Shown: piece after piece, positions 1 to 8,292 of the stretch
How positions within the stretch are numbered: position 1 is the first letter of the stretch
How the letters are laid out: each line of letters starts with the position of its first letter
Origin: Candidatus Aminicenantes bacterium
Lineage (GTDB): Bacteria > Acidobacteriota > Aminicenantia > UBA2199
DNA length: 37,423 nucleotides
NCBI GenBank assembly: GCA_023137075.1
Contig: JAGLQA010000240.1
Location: forward strand, 1 to 37,423
Direction: 5' to 3'
Notes under the pieces: model-generated
What the model was told of the DNA's origin: nothing
What the model saw: only the letters and a program-made list of their open reading frames with translations
The model's database searches: none
Position numbers and translations under genes: made by a program

Positions 1-3
1 CGT

Positions 4-1380
4 ATGGACATGCCCCCCTTAAAAATAGGGAACACTGTGGCTAGTGTGCCTATTATTCAAGGCGGTATGGGATTGGGAATTTCTCTGTCCAAGCTGGCTG
101 CAGCAGTTGCCAATCAAGGCGGTATCGGAGTGATTGCCGCAAATCTCATCGGCGTAATGGAACCGGATTATTATAAAAATGGAATCGAAGCCAATAAGCG
201 GTCTCTACGCAGGGAAATTAGAAAAGCCAGGAAATTGAGTGACGGCATTATCGGAGTTAATATAATGGTGGCGGTTAGCGAATTCCACGAACTGCTTAAG
301 GTATCCATCGAAGAGAAAGTCGATTTGGTATGCCTTGGGGCCGGTCTGCCCCTCAGAGGTATCCCTGTAAAGGAACTCAGGGAAGCCAATGTAAAGATTG
401 TCCCCATTGTCAGTTCCGAAAGAGCTACCCGTTTAATTTTCACCTATTGGCAAAAAAAATTTAATACTGTTCCTGACGCCGTCGTTGTGGAAGGCCCTAT
501 GGCTGGCGGCCACCTTGGATTTAAAGAAAATGAAATTCACGATCCCAATTTTGCGCTGGAAAATATTTTTCCCGGGGTACTGTCGGCTGTAAAACCTTTT
601 GAATCTAAATTTAAAAAGAAAATACCTGTTATTGCTGCCGGTGGAATTTATACTGGTGAAGATATCTATAAGTATTTCAAAATGGGCGCCGGCGGCATTC
701 AGATGGCAAGCCGTTTCGTCGCCACCACCGAATGCGATGCCGACGACAAATTTAAAGAAGCCTTCGTCAATTGCAGCCAGGAAGATATTTCAATTATAAA
801 AAGCCCGGTAGGACTGCCGGGAAGGGCCATTAAAAATAAATTCCTTAGGGATGTCGATTCGGGGATGAAAAAAACTTTCCGCTGTCCTCGCCGCTGCCTC
901 GTCAGTTGCAAAGCAAAAGCGTCCCAATATTGCATTTGCGAAGCATTGGATAACGCCAGGAAAGGAAACCTCGCCGACGGCTTTGCCTTTGCCGGTTCCA
1001 ACGCCTATAGGGTCGAGAATATCGTCCCGGTAAAAGCATTGATGAAAGAGTTGAGATCGGAGTACCTGCTCACTGCCGAAAGGAATATGGTTAATTTGAA
1101 AAATGAGTTCGCAGATGCCATTAAGAGGCTTATCTCCGTAAGAGATCAATATATAAAAACAGTAAAAAAAAGCGCCAGGGCATTTAAAGTTGAATTGGGG
1201 GAAATGCTGGATAAAGGAACATCCTCATTTCGGGAAGAATACAAAACGGCAATTAAAAAGTTGGAAACCCTAAAAGAACAATATGCCAATCATTTTGACA
1301 GGGTGGACGAGTTAAAACAGCAGCTCTCAAAATACTTCGATATTTCCTCCTTAAAACTTCCCGAAATAGAACTCTGTTGA
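4..1380 (+). CDS. FMN-dependent oxidoreductase of the nitronate monooxygenase / FabK-like (NPD) family with a ~100-aa helical C-terminal extension
   Basis: 458-aa ORF. It has a PIIQGGMG motif near the N-terminus and glycine-rich segments (GPMAGGHLGF, IAAGGIYTG) typical of NPD/FabK TIM-barrel flavoenzymes. A Cys-rich segment (CPRRCLVSCK..YCIC) follows. The last ~100 aa are K/E-rich and helical. The ORF begins 3 nt from the window edge, so the true start could lie upstream. Confidence 0.65.
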   Translation: MDMPPLKIGNTVASVPIIQGGMGLGISLSKLAAAVANQGGIGVIAANLIGVMEPDYYKNGIEANKRSLRREIRKARKLSDGIIGVNIMVAVSEFHELLKVSIEEKVDLVCLGAGLPLRGIPVKELREANVKIVPIVSSERATRLIFTYWQKKFNTVPDAVVVEGPMAGGHLGFKENEIHDPNFALENIFPGVLSAVKPFESKFKKKIPVIAAGGIYTGEDIYKYFKMGAGGIQMASRFVATTECDADDKFKEAFVNCSQEDISIIKSPVGLPGRAIKNKFLRDVDSGMKKTFRCPRRCLVSCKAKASQYCICEALDNARKGNLADGFAFAGSNAYRVENIVPVKALMKELRSEYLLTAERNMVNLKNEFADAIKRLISVRDQYIKTVKKSARAFKVELGEMLDKGTSSFREEYKTAIKKLETLKEQYANHFDRVDELKQQLSKYFDISSLKLPEIELC

Positions 1381-1426
1381 AAACAAAGCTGTTTTAAACC
1401 CGTCAACAAATTTCACGGCAGCCTGT

Positions 1427-2398
1427 TTAAATATCTATCTTTTTTGCTTTCTTTTTTTCGGCTTTTTTCTTGGCCTCTTCGATTTTCTTCTTTATTCCTT
1501 CTTTGATTTCTTTGCGGTGCTTTCCGTCTCGGAAGAAGATCCGGAAGTCATCTTCATTGCCGGGCATGAACTTAAACCTGGGAGTATAAAACTGTTTCAG
1601 ACCTTTTAGATATCCCGGTCCCTTTAAAATTTCGATGCTGCGCAGCCCGGTGGTTTCCCCCAATTCTACCTTGACTCTCTTTTCCTTTTTATGGCGGACA
1701 ATTTTGAGCTCGATTTTGTCTCCCTTTTCATAAGCGGAAACCACTTTGCCGATTTTGCCGGCATCCCGGACCTTTTTGCCGTCTATCTCTCTGATAATGT
1801 CACCGGATTTTAAACCGGCTTTTTCAGCCGGGCTGTCCTCTTCCACCTTGAGAATGAGAACACCTTCATCGGCATTCACTCCAAAATATTCGGCCAGGTC
1901 TTTGTTTAACTCATGCATGTGAACGCCTAAATATCCTCTTCCTTTGCCGGAGTGAAAGAGGAAATTCTTACCCCTATCCGAATCGAACCAGGAAAACTGT
2001 GATTTCAACTCACCCACGGTAACGGTTAGTTCTTTGGGCTTGCCGTCCCGCATTATCTTCACTTTGGCCTTAGTGCCCGGTTTGGTCTCACGGACCGCGT
2101 CGATCAGGTCACCGGTACTGAGCATCTTCTTTTTATTGAAGTACCGGATCACATCGTGTTTTTTAATTCCCCCCTTTTCCGCCGCTTCTCCCTCTAATAC
2201 GCTGGTTACCAAAAGGCCAAAATCGGCACCGTACTCTTCTTTATCGTCTGCAGTCAGGTTCTTGATGCCGACGCCTAGGTACCCTTTTTGAACCTTTTCC
2301 CCGGCCATCATCAGGGTCGCCGCTCCGACTAAGAGCAGTGCCAGGGTAAAAACCACGGTAATACCTTTTGCTGCCAGGTTTTTTTTAAATTTTCTCAT
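1427..2398 (-). CDS. Membrane-anchored protein with two PDZ domains (HtrA C-terminal-like, no protease domain)
   Basis: 323-aa ORF with an N-terminal hydrophobic anchor (ITVVFTLALLLVGAATLMMAG). Two PDZ-like segments are present (GYLGVGI..LVTSVLEGEAAEKGGIKKHDVI and GYLGVHM..LILKVEEDSPAEKAGLKSGDII). There is no His/Asp/Ser protease module. The tail is Lys-rich. A GGAGG lies just upstream of the ATG. Confidence 0.65.
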   Translation of the reverse strand: MRKFKKNLAAKGITVVFTLALLLVGAATLMMAGEKVQKGYLGVGIKNLTADDKEEYGADFGLLVTSVLEGEAAEKGGIKKHDVIRYFNKKKMLSTGDLIDAVRETKPGTKAKVKIMRDGKPKELTVTVGELKSQFSWFDSDRGKNFLFHSGKGRGYLGVHMHELNKDLAEYFGVNADEGVLILKVEEDSPAEKAGLKSGDIIREIDGKKVRDAGKIGKVVSAYEKGDKIELKIVRHKKEKRVKVELGETTGLRSIEILKGPGYLKGLKQFYTPRFKFMPGNEDDFRIFFRDGKHRKEIKEGIKKKIEEAKKKAEKKKAKKIDI

Positions 2399-2528
2399 TT
2401 GTGCCTCCTGAAATTTTTAATTTTTTCTTTCATACCCTTAGGATGCAAGATTTCTAGAAAAAGTTTCAAAAAAGTACAATTTACGGAAGAAACCCCGTGG
2501 CACAAAGGTGAAGCATAAAAAAAACGGC

Positions 2529-2948
2529 CTAATCTAAATCCGATCCTGTGGAGGTCATGATTAACTTGCCGTGTTTAACTCCCCGGGTGCTGGCCAGTTC
2601 ATCGGTAATTTTTTTTATCAAGCTGCTCTTCCCTTTTAATATAACAACCTCTAAGCAGTTGTGATGATCGATATGGATATGGGTGGAGGAGACGATAATA
2701 TCTACATAACGATGCTGGATATTTGTCAATGTTTTATTCAACTCCCGTTGTTCATGATTATAAATCAGGCTAAAAACTCCCACCGTCTCCCGGTCGGAAG
2801 AGATCCACTCCTCTGCGACCATCCGGTCGCGGATCAAATCCCGGATAGCTTCCGAGCGGTTCTTATAACCGCTTTGCTCGATCAAACGATCAAATTTGTC
2901 CAGCAGCGTTGATTTTAACGATACACCAAACCTGGTAATGTCAGACAT
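2529..2948 (-). CDS. nikR: Nickel-responsive transcriptional regulator NikR (RHH plus metal-binding ACT-like domain)
   Basis: 139 aa. The N-terminal ribbon-helix-helix (FGVSL..LLDKFD..GYKNRSEAIRDLIR) aligns by eye with E. coli NikR. The C-terminal HIHIDHHNCLE segment conserves the His-x-His and Cys nickel ligands. Confidence 0.85.
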   Translation of the reverse strand: MSDITRFGVSLKSTLLDKFDRLIEQSGYKNRSEAIRDLIRDRMVAEEWISSDRETVGVFSLIYNHEQRELNKTLTNIQHRYVDIIVSSTHIHIDHHNCLEVVILKGKSSLIKKITDELASTRGVKHGKLIMTSTGSDLD

Positions 2949-2976
2949 CTTGAACTCCTGATTGGGATATTATATT

Positions 2977-4605
2977 TTATTCAATATGCGGATAAAAGTC
3001 AAAACTACCTTCGTTCTTCGCAGTATCGGTAATTTCGAGCAAAATCATCAGCACATGCTTGCCGTCGGGGGTCTTAACCGCTCCCACCTCTTTTAAGGGC
3101 ATCCGGGTCTCGATAATTTTTTTTTGCCGCGGATGTGTGATAATCAGTGAGTTCCCATAGTTTGCGGCGTTAATTTTTTCCAGGGGCACAATGTGATAAG
3201 GCGGTAGGGAGAAATCGGAAATTTTTAGATTTTTTAGAGAAAGGTTTTTTATGGCTATTTTTTGATATTTTTCCGGCGGGTATTTGGTGTAAAAAAGGAT
3301 GAAAGAATGGGGCAGGAAAAAGTGATTGCTTACGAATATATTCGTGTAGTCCTTTTTTTGTGTTAGGGTTATTGCCTGTCTCCAGCCGTAATCCCAGTAG
3401 TACCAACTGTAGTGCGGGTAAACGTGGAAAAATTTCTTCTGGTAATTGAAAAAACCCGCGGCTATGGTAAAAACAAGAGCGGCCGTGATAAATATTTTGT
3501 AGGATTTTTTCTTCACAAGATCGAGTACCCACCTGAGGCCGTAACCGGACGCCAGTGGAAAAAAGATACAACCGATGATTGCGCGAAGCGCATGGTCCGA
3601 CTGGGTCAGCGCCGCGGGTATGGGATAAAGCAGTAACCCTGCCGTTAAAATCAGAAGATGTTTTTTCCCGGTTTTATCTTTCTTCTTTAACAGGGTAATA
3701 AAAATTCCGATTAAACCGGCAATAATCGTAAAAATTTCCACCACGTACAATTGCCCGATTCCCAGGACATAAAACTTTAAACCGGGATTTTTGTTAAAAA
3801 ACAGGTAGTCGGGACTGAAATAGGACAGGTAATTCGTTACCCATTGGGCCGAATTCGACTGCAGTGCTTCCCTGGCCCGGGCCATTCCCGGGGACGATAT
3901 CCAGTAGCTGCCCAAAGCCGCGAGCACAAATAGCAGTATTATTCCCGCAATGATAGATTGCCTTCGAAAAGGTTTCAAATCCCGGAAAAAAATCAGGATC
4001 AAAACAACCAGAAAAACCGGGACAAAAACCCGGGCGGATGAATAACTATAGAGGGAAAATGAAAATGAAAGGGCTGAATAAACCAGGAATTTCCCCTTTT
4101 TCAGTCCCTTAAAGAAAAAATAGAGACCTAAGCAGAAGAGAAAAGGGAATAGAATAGCCCGAAATCCCACCCGGCTGTATAGGATATGCCAGGGACTCAC
4201 GGCCAGGAGAAAAGCCGGTACCAGGGCAATCCCCCCCCCTAACCATATTCGTGACAGAAAATAAAATATAAGAACCGTCAAGAGTCCAATCACAGCCGCC
4301 GGAAAGCGAACGGCAAACTCCGTCAAACCAAAGCATAAAACCGAGGGAATAACCAGGAAGCGGTAAAGGGATTCGTTGTAATCACCGAAGGAGCGGGAGA
4401 AAAGGGGCAGGAACGTACCGTATTGATCCCGCCCGGTTTTCAACATCGAATAGGCATCATACCCGGTAGATGCTTCGTCCCGGAAAAGCCCCACCGGGTT
4501 ATCTCCTAATTTATAAAAACGAATGAACAGGGCGATGCACATAATCGCCACCAGGAGCAGGTTGGTGAGCGATAGAATATTCCGTTTCGCTTTTTCGGGC
4601 ATCAT
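2977..4605 (-). CDS. Polytopic glycosyltransferase family 39 protein (ArnT / PMT_2-like)
   Basis: 542 aa with more than 10 hydrophobic spans. The periplasmic loop after TM1 (FRDEASTGYDAYSMLKTGRDQYG) carries the DE-type motif typical of GT-C/GT39 enzymes. The C-terminal ~150 aa form a soluble domain. Confidence 0.65.
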   Translation of the reverse strand: MMPEKAKRNILSLTNLLLVAIMCIALFIRFYKLGDNPVGLFRDEASTGYDAYSMLKTGRDQYGTFLPLFSRSFGDYNESLYRFLVIPSVLCFGLTEFAVRFPAAVIGLLTVLIFYFLSRIWLGGGIALVPAFLLAVSPWHILYSRVGFRAILFPFLFCLGLYFFFKGLKKGKFLVYSALSFSFSLYSYSSARVFVPVFLVVLILIFFRDLKPFRRQSIIAGIILLFVLAALGSYWISSPGMARAREALQSNSAQWVTNYLSYFSPDYLFFNKNPGLKFYVLGIGQLYVVEIFTIIAGLIGIFITLLKKKDKTGKKHLLILTAGLLLYPIPAALTQSDHALRAIIGCIFFPLASGYGLRWVLDLVKKKSYKIFITAALVFTIAAGFFNYQKKFFHVYPHYSWYYWDYGWRQAITLTQKKDYTNIFVSNHFFLPHSFILFYTKYPPEKYQKIAIKNLSLKNLKISDFSLPPYHIVPLEKINAANYGNSLIITHPRQKKIIETRMPLKEVGAVKTPDGKHVLMILLEITDTAKNEGSFDFYPHIE

Positions 4606-4676
4606 TGAAGGATTATAATTTAAACAAAGCTGAATTTCAACCCGGTTTTTATTCCCGATTATATCTTATTTTGAAG

Positions 4677-4705
4677 TTGAAAAACGAATATATTTTCGAT
4701 AAAAT
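4677..4705 (+). promoter_or_regulatory. Putative sigma70 promoter of uvrC (TTGAAA-17 bp-TAAAAT)
   Basis: TTGAAA at 4677-4682, an exact 17-nt spacer, and TAAAAT at 4700-4705. Only 9 nt separate the -10 from the ATG at 4715, and there is no SD motif. Confidence 0.35.
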
Positions 4706-4714
4706 AGAACTATC

Positions 4715-6289
4715 ATGGAAGTCCGGATGCTGCATATAAATTCAGCCGATATTCCCGATAGTACCGGGTGCTATATATTCAAGGATAGGGCAGGTAAAAT
4801 CATATACATCGGCAAAGCCAAAAGCCTGAGAAAACGAGTGAATAGTTACTTTCAAAAAAAAAGCAACCGCCTTGATACCAAAACCGGGCACTTAGTATTG
4901 AATATTGCTTCGGTAGATTTTATCGTTACTATCAATGAAGTGGAAGCCTTGATCTTAGAGAGTAATTTAATCAAGAAACACAACCCCAAGTATAATATCA
5001 ACTTAAAAGATGGTAAACACTTTGCCTATATCAGTGTGACCACCGGAAAATTCCCCCGCCTGTCCGTTGTCAGGAACAAAGCCGGCAAAGGCGAGTTTTT
5101 CGGCCCCTTTGTCTCCGCTGCCGCCCGTGATTATATCCTGTCGGTGGTTAATAAAACCTTCCAATTGCGCACCTGTAAAAAGATGCCCGCAAATCCCTGC
5201 CTGCGTTTCCGGATCAAACTATGCCGGGCCCCTTGTGCCGGTAAAATAAACGAAGCCGAATATACGGGAAAGATTAGGCGGGCCAGGCTTGTATTAAGGG
5301 GCAAAACAAAAGAACTCATCGAAGGGATGAACGAAGAGATGAAAAAGGCCTCTTCCGATTTAAACTTCGAACATGCCCTGGAATTGCGCAACCAGGTTGA
5401 GGCGGTCAAAACGCTGCAGGAACGGCAAAACATGGACCGCAAGAAACGGTATGATGAAGATATCATCAATTACTTTGTTAAAAACGACAGGGTCTATTTG
5501 ATGTTTTTTAATGTCTACAAGGGCATCCTTGAGAATAAACAGGAGTACGAATTCGATTACAGGGACGACTTTTTTGAAGAGTTCCTGGTCCGGTATTACG
5601 CGGAGAACCCCATCCCCTCCGAACTGATCGTTCCCGAACCGATCGATGAAGCGCTGCTCTCCTTCCTCAGAACAAAGGGGGAAAAAGCCGTTCATGTAAA
5701 AGTACCGGAGAAAGGTGAGAAGAGACAACTGCTCGAACTGGTAAAAAAAAATATAGAGATCACCTTCTTTGGTGATAGATTAAAACTAAAAGACCTGCAG
5801 AGAAGATTACGGATGCACGAAGTGCCGGCAGTCATCGAATGTTTTGATATTTCACACCTGTCGGGAACCGCCACGGTAGCTTCGCTGGTACAGTTCAGGA
5901 ACGGCAGGCCCGATAAGAGCAATTATCGCCGGTTTAAGATAAAAACCATTTCCGGCATCGATGACACCGGGTCGATCCGGGAAGTAGTGGGGAGGCGATA
6001 TTCCCGGTTAAGCAGGGAGAAAGCAGCCATGCCGGGTTTAGTGATTATCGACGGTGGGCAGGGGCAATTGAACGCCGCTCTCGGGGAATTGCAGAAGTTG
6101 AATCTAAAAATCCCGGCCATATCCATAGCCAAGCGATTCGAAGAGATTTATGTGCCCGGTTTAGAGAAACCCCTGAGATTAAATCGAAAAAGTAAGGCCC
6201 TGCAGTTGATCCGGCAGATCAGGGATGAGGCGCACCGTTTTGCCATCGCCTATAACAGGCTGCTGCGAAAAAAAGAGTTAGTCAAATAG
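4715..6289 (+). CDS. uvrC: Excinuclease ABC subunit C (UvrC) without a C-terminal (HhH)2 domain
   Basis: 524 aa. It has an N-terminal GIY-YIG motif (GCYIFKD..GKIIYIGKAKSLRKRVNSY), a UvrBC-interaction region (FEHALELRNQVEAV) and an RNase H/EndoV-like domain ending in RDEAHRFAIAYNR. The ORF stops ~10 aa after that motif. Confidence 0.85.
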   Translation: MEVRMLHINSADIPDSTGCYIFKDRAGKIIYIGKAKSLRKRVNSYFQKKSNRLDTKTGHLVLNIASVDFIVTINEVEALILESNLIKKHNPKYNINLKDGKHFAYISVTTGKFPRLSVVRNKAGKGEFFGPFVSAAARDYILSVVNKTFQLRTCKKMPANPCLRFRIKLCRAPCAGKINEAEYTGKIRRARLVLRGKTKELIEGMNEEMKKASSDLNFEHALELRNQVEAVKTLQERQNMDRKKRYDEDIINYFVKNDRVYLMFFNVYKGILENKQEYEFDYRDDFFEEFLVRYYAENPIPSELIVPEPIDEALLSFLRTKGEKAVHVKVPEKGEKRQLLELVKKNIEITFFGDRLKLKDLQRRLRMHEVPAVIECFDISHLSGTATVASLVQFRNGRPDKSNYRRFKIKTISGIDDTGSIREVVGRRYSRLSREKAAMPGLVIIDGGQGQLNAALGELQKLNLKIPAISIAKRFEEIYVPGLEKPLRLNRKSKALQLIRQIRDEAHRFAIAYNRLLRKKELVK

Positions 6290-6298
6290 CTTCCATTG

Positions 6299-6330
6299 AA
6301 AAAAAAGGTGAATTCAGAGCGAATTTCACC
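6299..6330 (-). terminator. Intrinsic-terminator-like hairpin that is functional-looking only on the minus strand
   Basis: GGTGAATTC (6307-6315) pairs with GAATTTCACC (6321-6330), with a 1-nt bulge and a 5-nt loop. It is flanked by an A8 run (6299-6306), which reads as hairpin plus T8 on the minus strand. No T-run follows it on the plus strand. Confidence 0.4.
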
Positions 6331-6402
6331 GAAAAATCCAATATTTAAAGGCGATTGTTTTGTTATATAGGGCTTTTAGGCGAAAATCCAGGTGTATCCG
6401 CT

Positions 6403-6549
6403 GTTTCGGGGGTACAAAATGCTGAAATCCCCTATATAACTGGAAAAAAAATAAAAAAAAATCAATTCCCCGAAACCCTTATATGATGCGGGTTTCGGGG
6501 CAAGGTGAGACTGAAATCGCCTATATAACTGGAAAAAAATAAAAAAAAA
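6403..6549. repeat. Two direct copies of a ~59-bp unit with an 89-bp period, upstream of pilM
   Basis: Copy A spans 6403-6461 and copy B spans 6492-6549. Both contain GTTTCGGGG, then 9-10 nt, then CTGAAATC(C/G)CCTATATAACTGG, then A7-8 T A9. The 23-nt core differs at one position. Confidence 0.8.
6468..6500. other. Perfect 11-bp stem hairpin between the two repeat copies
   Basis: CCCCGAAACCC (6468-6478) and GGGTTTCGGGG (6490-6500) with an 11-nt loop. The 3' arm is the start of repeat copy B. On the minus strand it is followed, after 6 nt, by the T9/T8 run of copy A. Confidence 0.7.
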
Positions 6550-6550
6550 C

Positions 6551-6579
6551 TTGACATTTGATTTTTGCTGTGATAAAAA
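6551..6579 (+). promoter_or_regulatory. Putative sigma70 promoter of the pil operon (A-tract, TTGACA-17 bp-TAAAAA with TGn extension)
   Basis: TTGACA at 6551-6556 is preceded by an A9 tract. An exact 17-nt spacer ends in TGA, and TAAAAA lies at 6574-6579. GGAGAG lies 4 nt upstream of the pilM ATG at 6617. Confidence 0.45.
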
Positions 6580-6616
6580 GATATTGAAATGAAAATAAAG
6601 TATTCTGGAGAGACTG

Positions 6617-7696
6617 ATGCCGCTTAGCTTTATGAAGACCAAAAAAATTGTCGCCCTTGATATTGGCTCCTTCGGATTAAAACTAATCGAACTAAAACCA
6701 AAGAAAAAGGGAAAAGAAATCAGCTATGAATTGCTTTCCATGGCATACGAGCCGGTGCCCTATCAATCGATTGTCGAAGGCAGTATCATGGACTCGACTG
6801 CCGTTGCCGACGCGATCCAGCATGTGTTTCTTGAAAGTAAAACAAAAACCAACAGTGTATCTTTCGGTGTGTCGGGAAGTTCGGTTATTGTAAAACGGAT
6901 CGATGTCCAGCGGTTAAATCCCAATGAGATGCATGAACACATATTATGGGAAGCGCGACCTCACATACCCTTTACCCCGGAAGAGGTTAATATCGATTAT
7001 GAGATTATCGAATCCCAGGATACCCCCCCGGATAAGGTGGGGGTTATACTGGCCGCCGTTAAGAAAGAAAAACTGAATGATTATTTAAATATCATTGCCA
7101 TATCGAATAAACACGCAGCCATCGTTGACCTTGACTCTTTTGCCGTACTGAATAGTGTCCTGTCAAATTACGAGATGTATCGTGAGCGAAGTCTGGCTAT
7201 CATCAATATTGGCGCTTCAATCACGAATGTGGTTATCGCCAGGGGAGGTTACCCGGTATTTGTCAGAGATATCGCTTTTGGCGGGAATCATTTCACCGAC
7301 CACATTCAGAAAGAATTGAATCTCAAATATGAGAAAGCCGAATCGGTTAAAAAAGGCAGACAGGTTGAAGGCGTGTCCCCCGCTGCCGTAAAACAGGTCG
7401 TTAATTTGATTTTTAATGAGCTCAAAAACGAGATAAAGAAAACCTTTGAATTCTACAGGTCAAACACCAACGAAGGGAGGATCGATAACATCCTGCTCAG
7501 CGGTGGTACCGCGAAGCTTGAATCGATTATCGATTATTTTTCACAGGAATTCGATATTCCCATTGAAATCATTAATCCCTTCAATGAGATTGAGATAAAT
7601 CCCAAAAAGTTTGACTTAGACTTTCTTAAAGATATGGCCCCGATTTTTAACGTGGTCATGGGTTTGGCTTTAAGAGCCGTTGGAGATGCCAAATGA
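6617..7696 (+). CDS. pilM: Type IV pilus assembly protein PilM (actin-like ATPase fold)
   Basis: 359 aa. The N-terminus (IVALDIGSFGLKLIEL) is typical of PilM/FtsA-like proteins, with GGTAKL near the C-terminus. It is the first gene of a pilMNOPQ-ordered operon. Confidence 0.85.
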   Translation: MPLSFMKTKKIVALDIGSFGLKLIELKPKKKGKEISYELLSMAYEPVPYQSIVEGSIMDSTAVADAIQHVFLESKTKTNSVSFGVSGSSVIVKRIDVQRLNPNEMHEHILWEARPHIPFTPEEVNIDYEIIESQDTPPDKVGVILAAVKKEKLNDYLNIIAISNKHAAIVDLDSFAVLNSVLSNYEMYRERSLAIINIGASITNVVIARGGYPVFVRDIAFGGNHFTDHIQKELNLKYEKAESVKKGRQVEGVSPAAVKQVVNLIFNELKNEIKKTFEFYRSNTNEGRIDNILLSGGTAKLESIIDYFSQEFDIPIEIINPFNEIEINPKKFDLDFLKDMAPIFNVVMGLALRAVGDAK

Positions 7697-8292
7697 TAAA
7701 AGTTAATTTATTAAGCCCTGGAAAAAAAGAGGTTGCGCCGGGGAAACCAAGCGCAGCTTTTGTTGAAGAGGAAAAAGAACCCAAGGTAAATATGGGCGCC
7801 ATTCTTGCCGCCGTCTTGATAACAGTCGGAATTATCGGCTATTTATATCTTTCTCAATCGAGCGAATTGCATCGAAAACAAAGCTTATTAAGTGAGAAAC
7901 AGGCCCGGAAAGCGGAATTGGATAAAGTGTTAAAAACAGTAGCAAAATTGGAGTCGACAAAGCTGAAGCTGGATAAGAAGGTCAAAATAATCCAGGAATT
8001 GAAAAATAAACAAAAGGCTGCAGTTCGCATGATGGATGAAATATCTCAGTCACTGCCCGACAATGTGTGGCTGACCCGGCTTACCTTTAACCGTGAACTC
8101 GTAAACTTAGAAGGCCAGGCTTCAACGAATGACCTGGTTGCCGATTTTATTCATAATATGAAAGCCTCAAATTTTTTTTACGGAGAAAAATTTAACGGTT
8201 CCACCCGGCGTGTGATAGTAGGAACGGAAATCTTCAGTTTTAAATTATCGATAAGATTTTCCGAAAATTTAATCAAACAAGAGGTGCTGTAA
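7693..8292 (+). CDS. pilN: Type IV pilus assembly protein PilN
   Basis: 199 aa with an N-terminal KVNLL motif, one TM helix, then a coiled coil. An ATGA overlap links it to the pilM stop. Confidence 0.75.
   Translation: MIKVNLLSPGKKEVAPGKPSAAFVEEEKEPKVNMGAILAAVLITVGIIGYLYLSQSSELHRKQSLLSEKQARKAELDKVLKTVAKLESTKLKLDKKVKIIQELKNKQKAAVRMMDEISQSLPDNVWLTRLTFNRELVNLEGQASTNDLVADFIHNMKASNFFYGEKFNGSTRRVIVGTEIFSFKLSIRFSENLIKQEVL

Noticed and set aside
171-1149. Minus-strand and out-of-frame ORFs of 66-119 aa inside the FabK-like gene, and similar nested ORFs inside uvrC, pilQ, gatD, the oxidoreductase genes and sppA
   Set aside because: All are embedded in longer ORFs with clear family motifs. They are short, lack SD sites and have compositionally odd products.
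6403-6549. CRISPR array
   Set aside because: There are only two copies of a ~59-bp unit with ~30 bp between them. There are no further repeats and no cas genes. No CRISPR array is present anywhere in the window.
6376-6642. 88-aa minus-strand ORF across the uvrC-pilM spacer
   Set aside because: Its translation is dominated by Phe/Ile/Lys from the A/T tracts of the tandem repeat. It overlaps the pilM start and promoter and has no SD.
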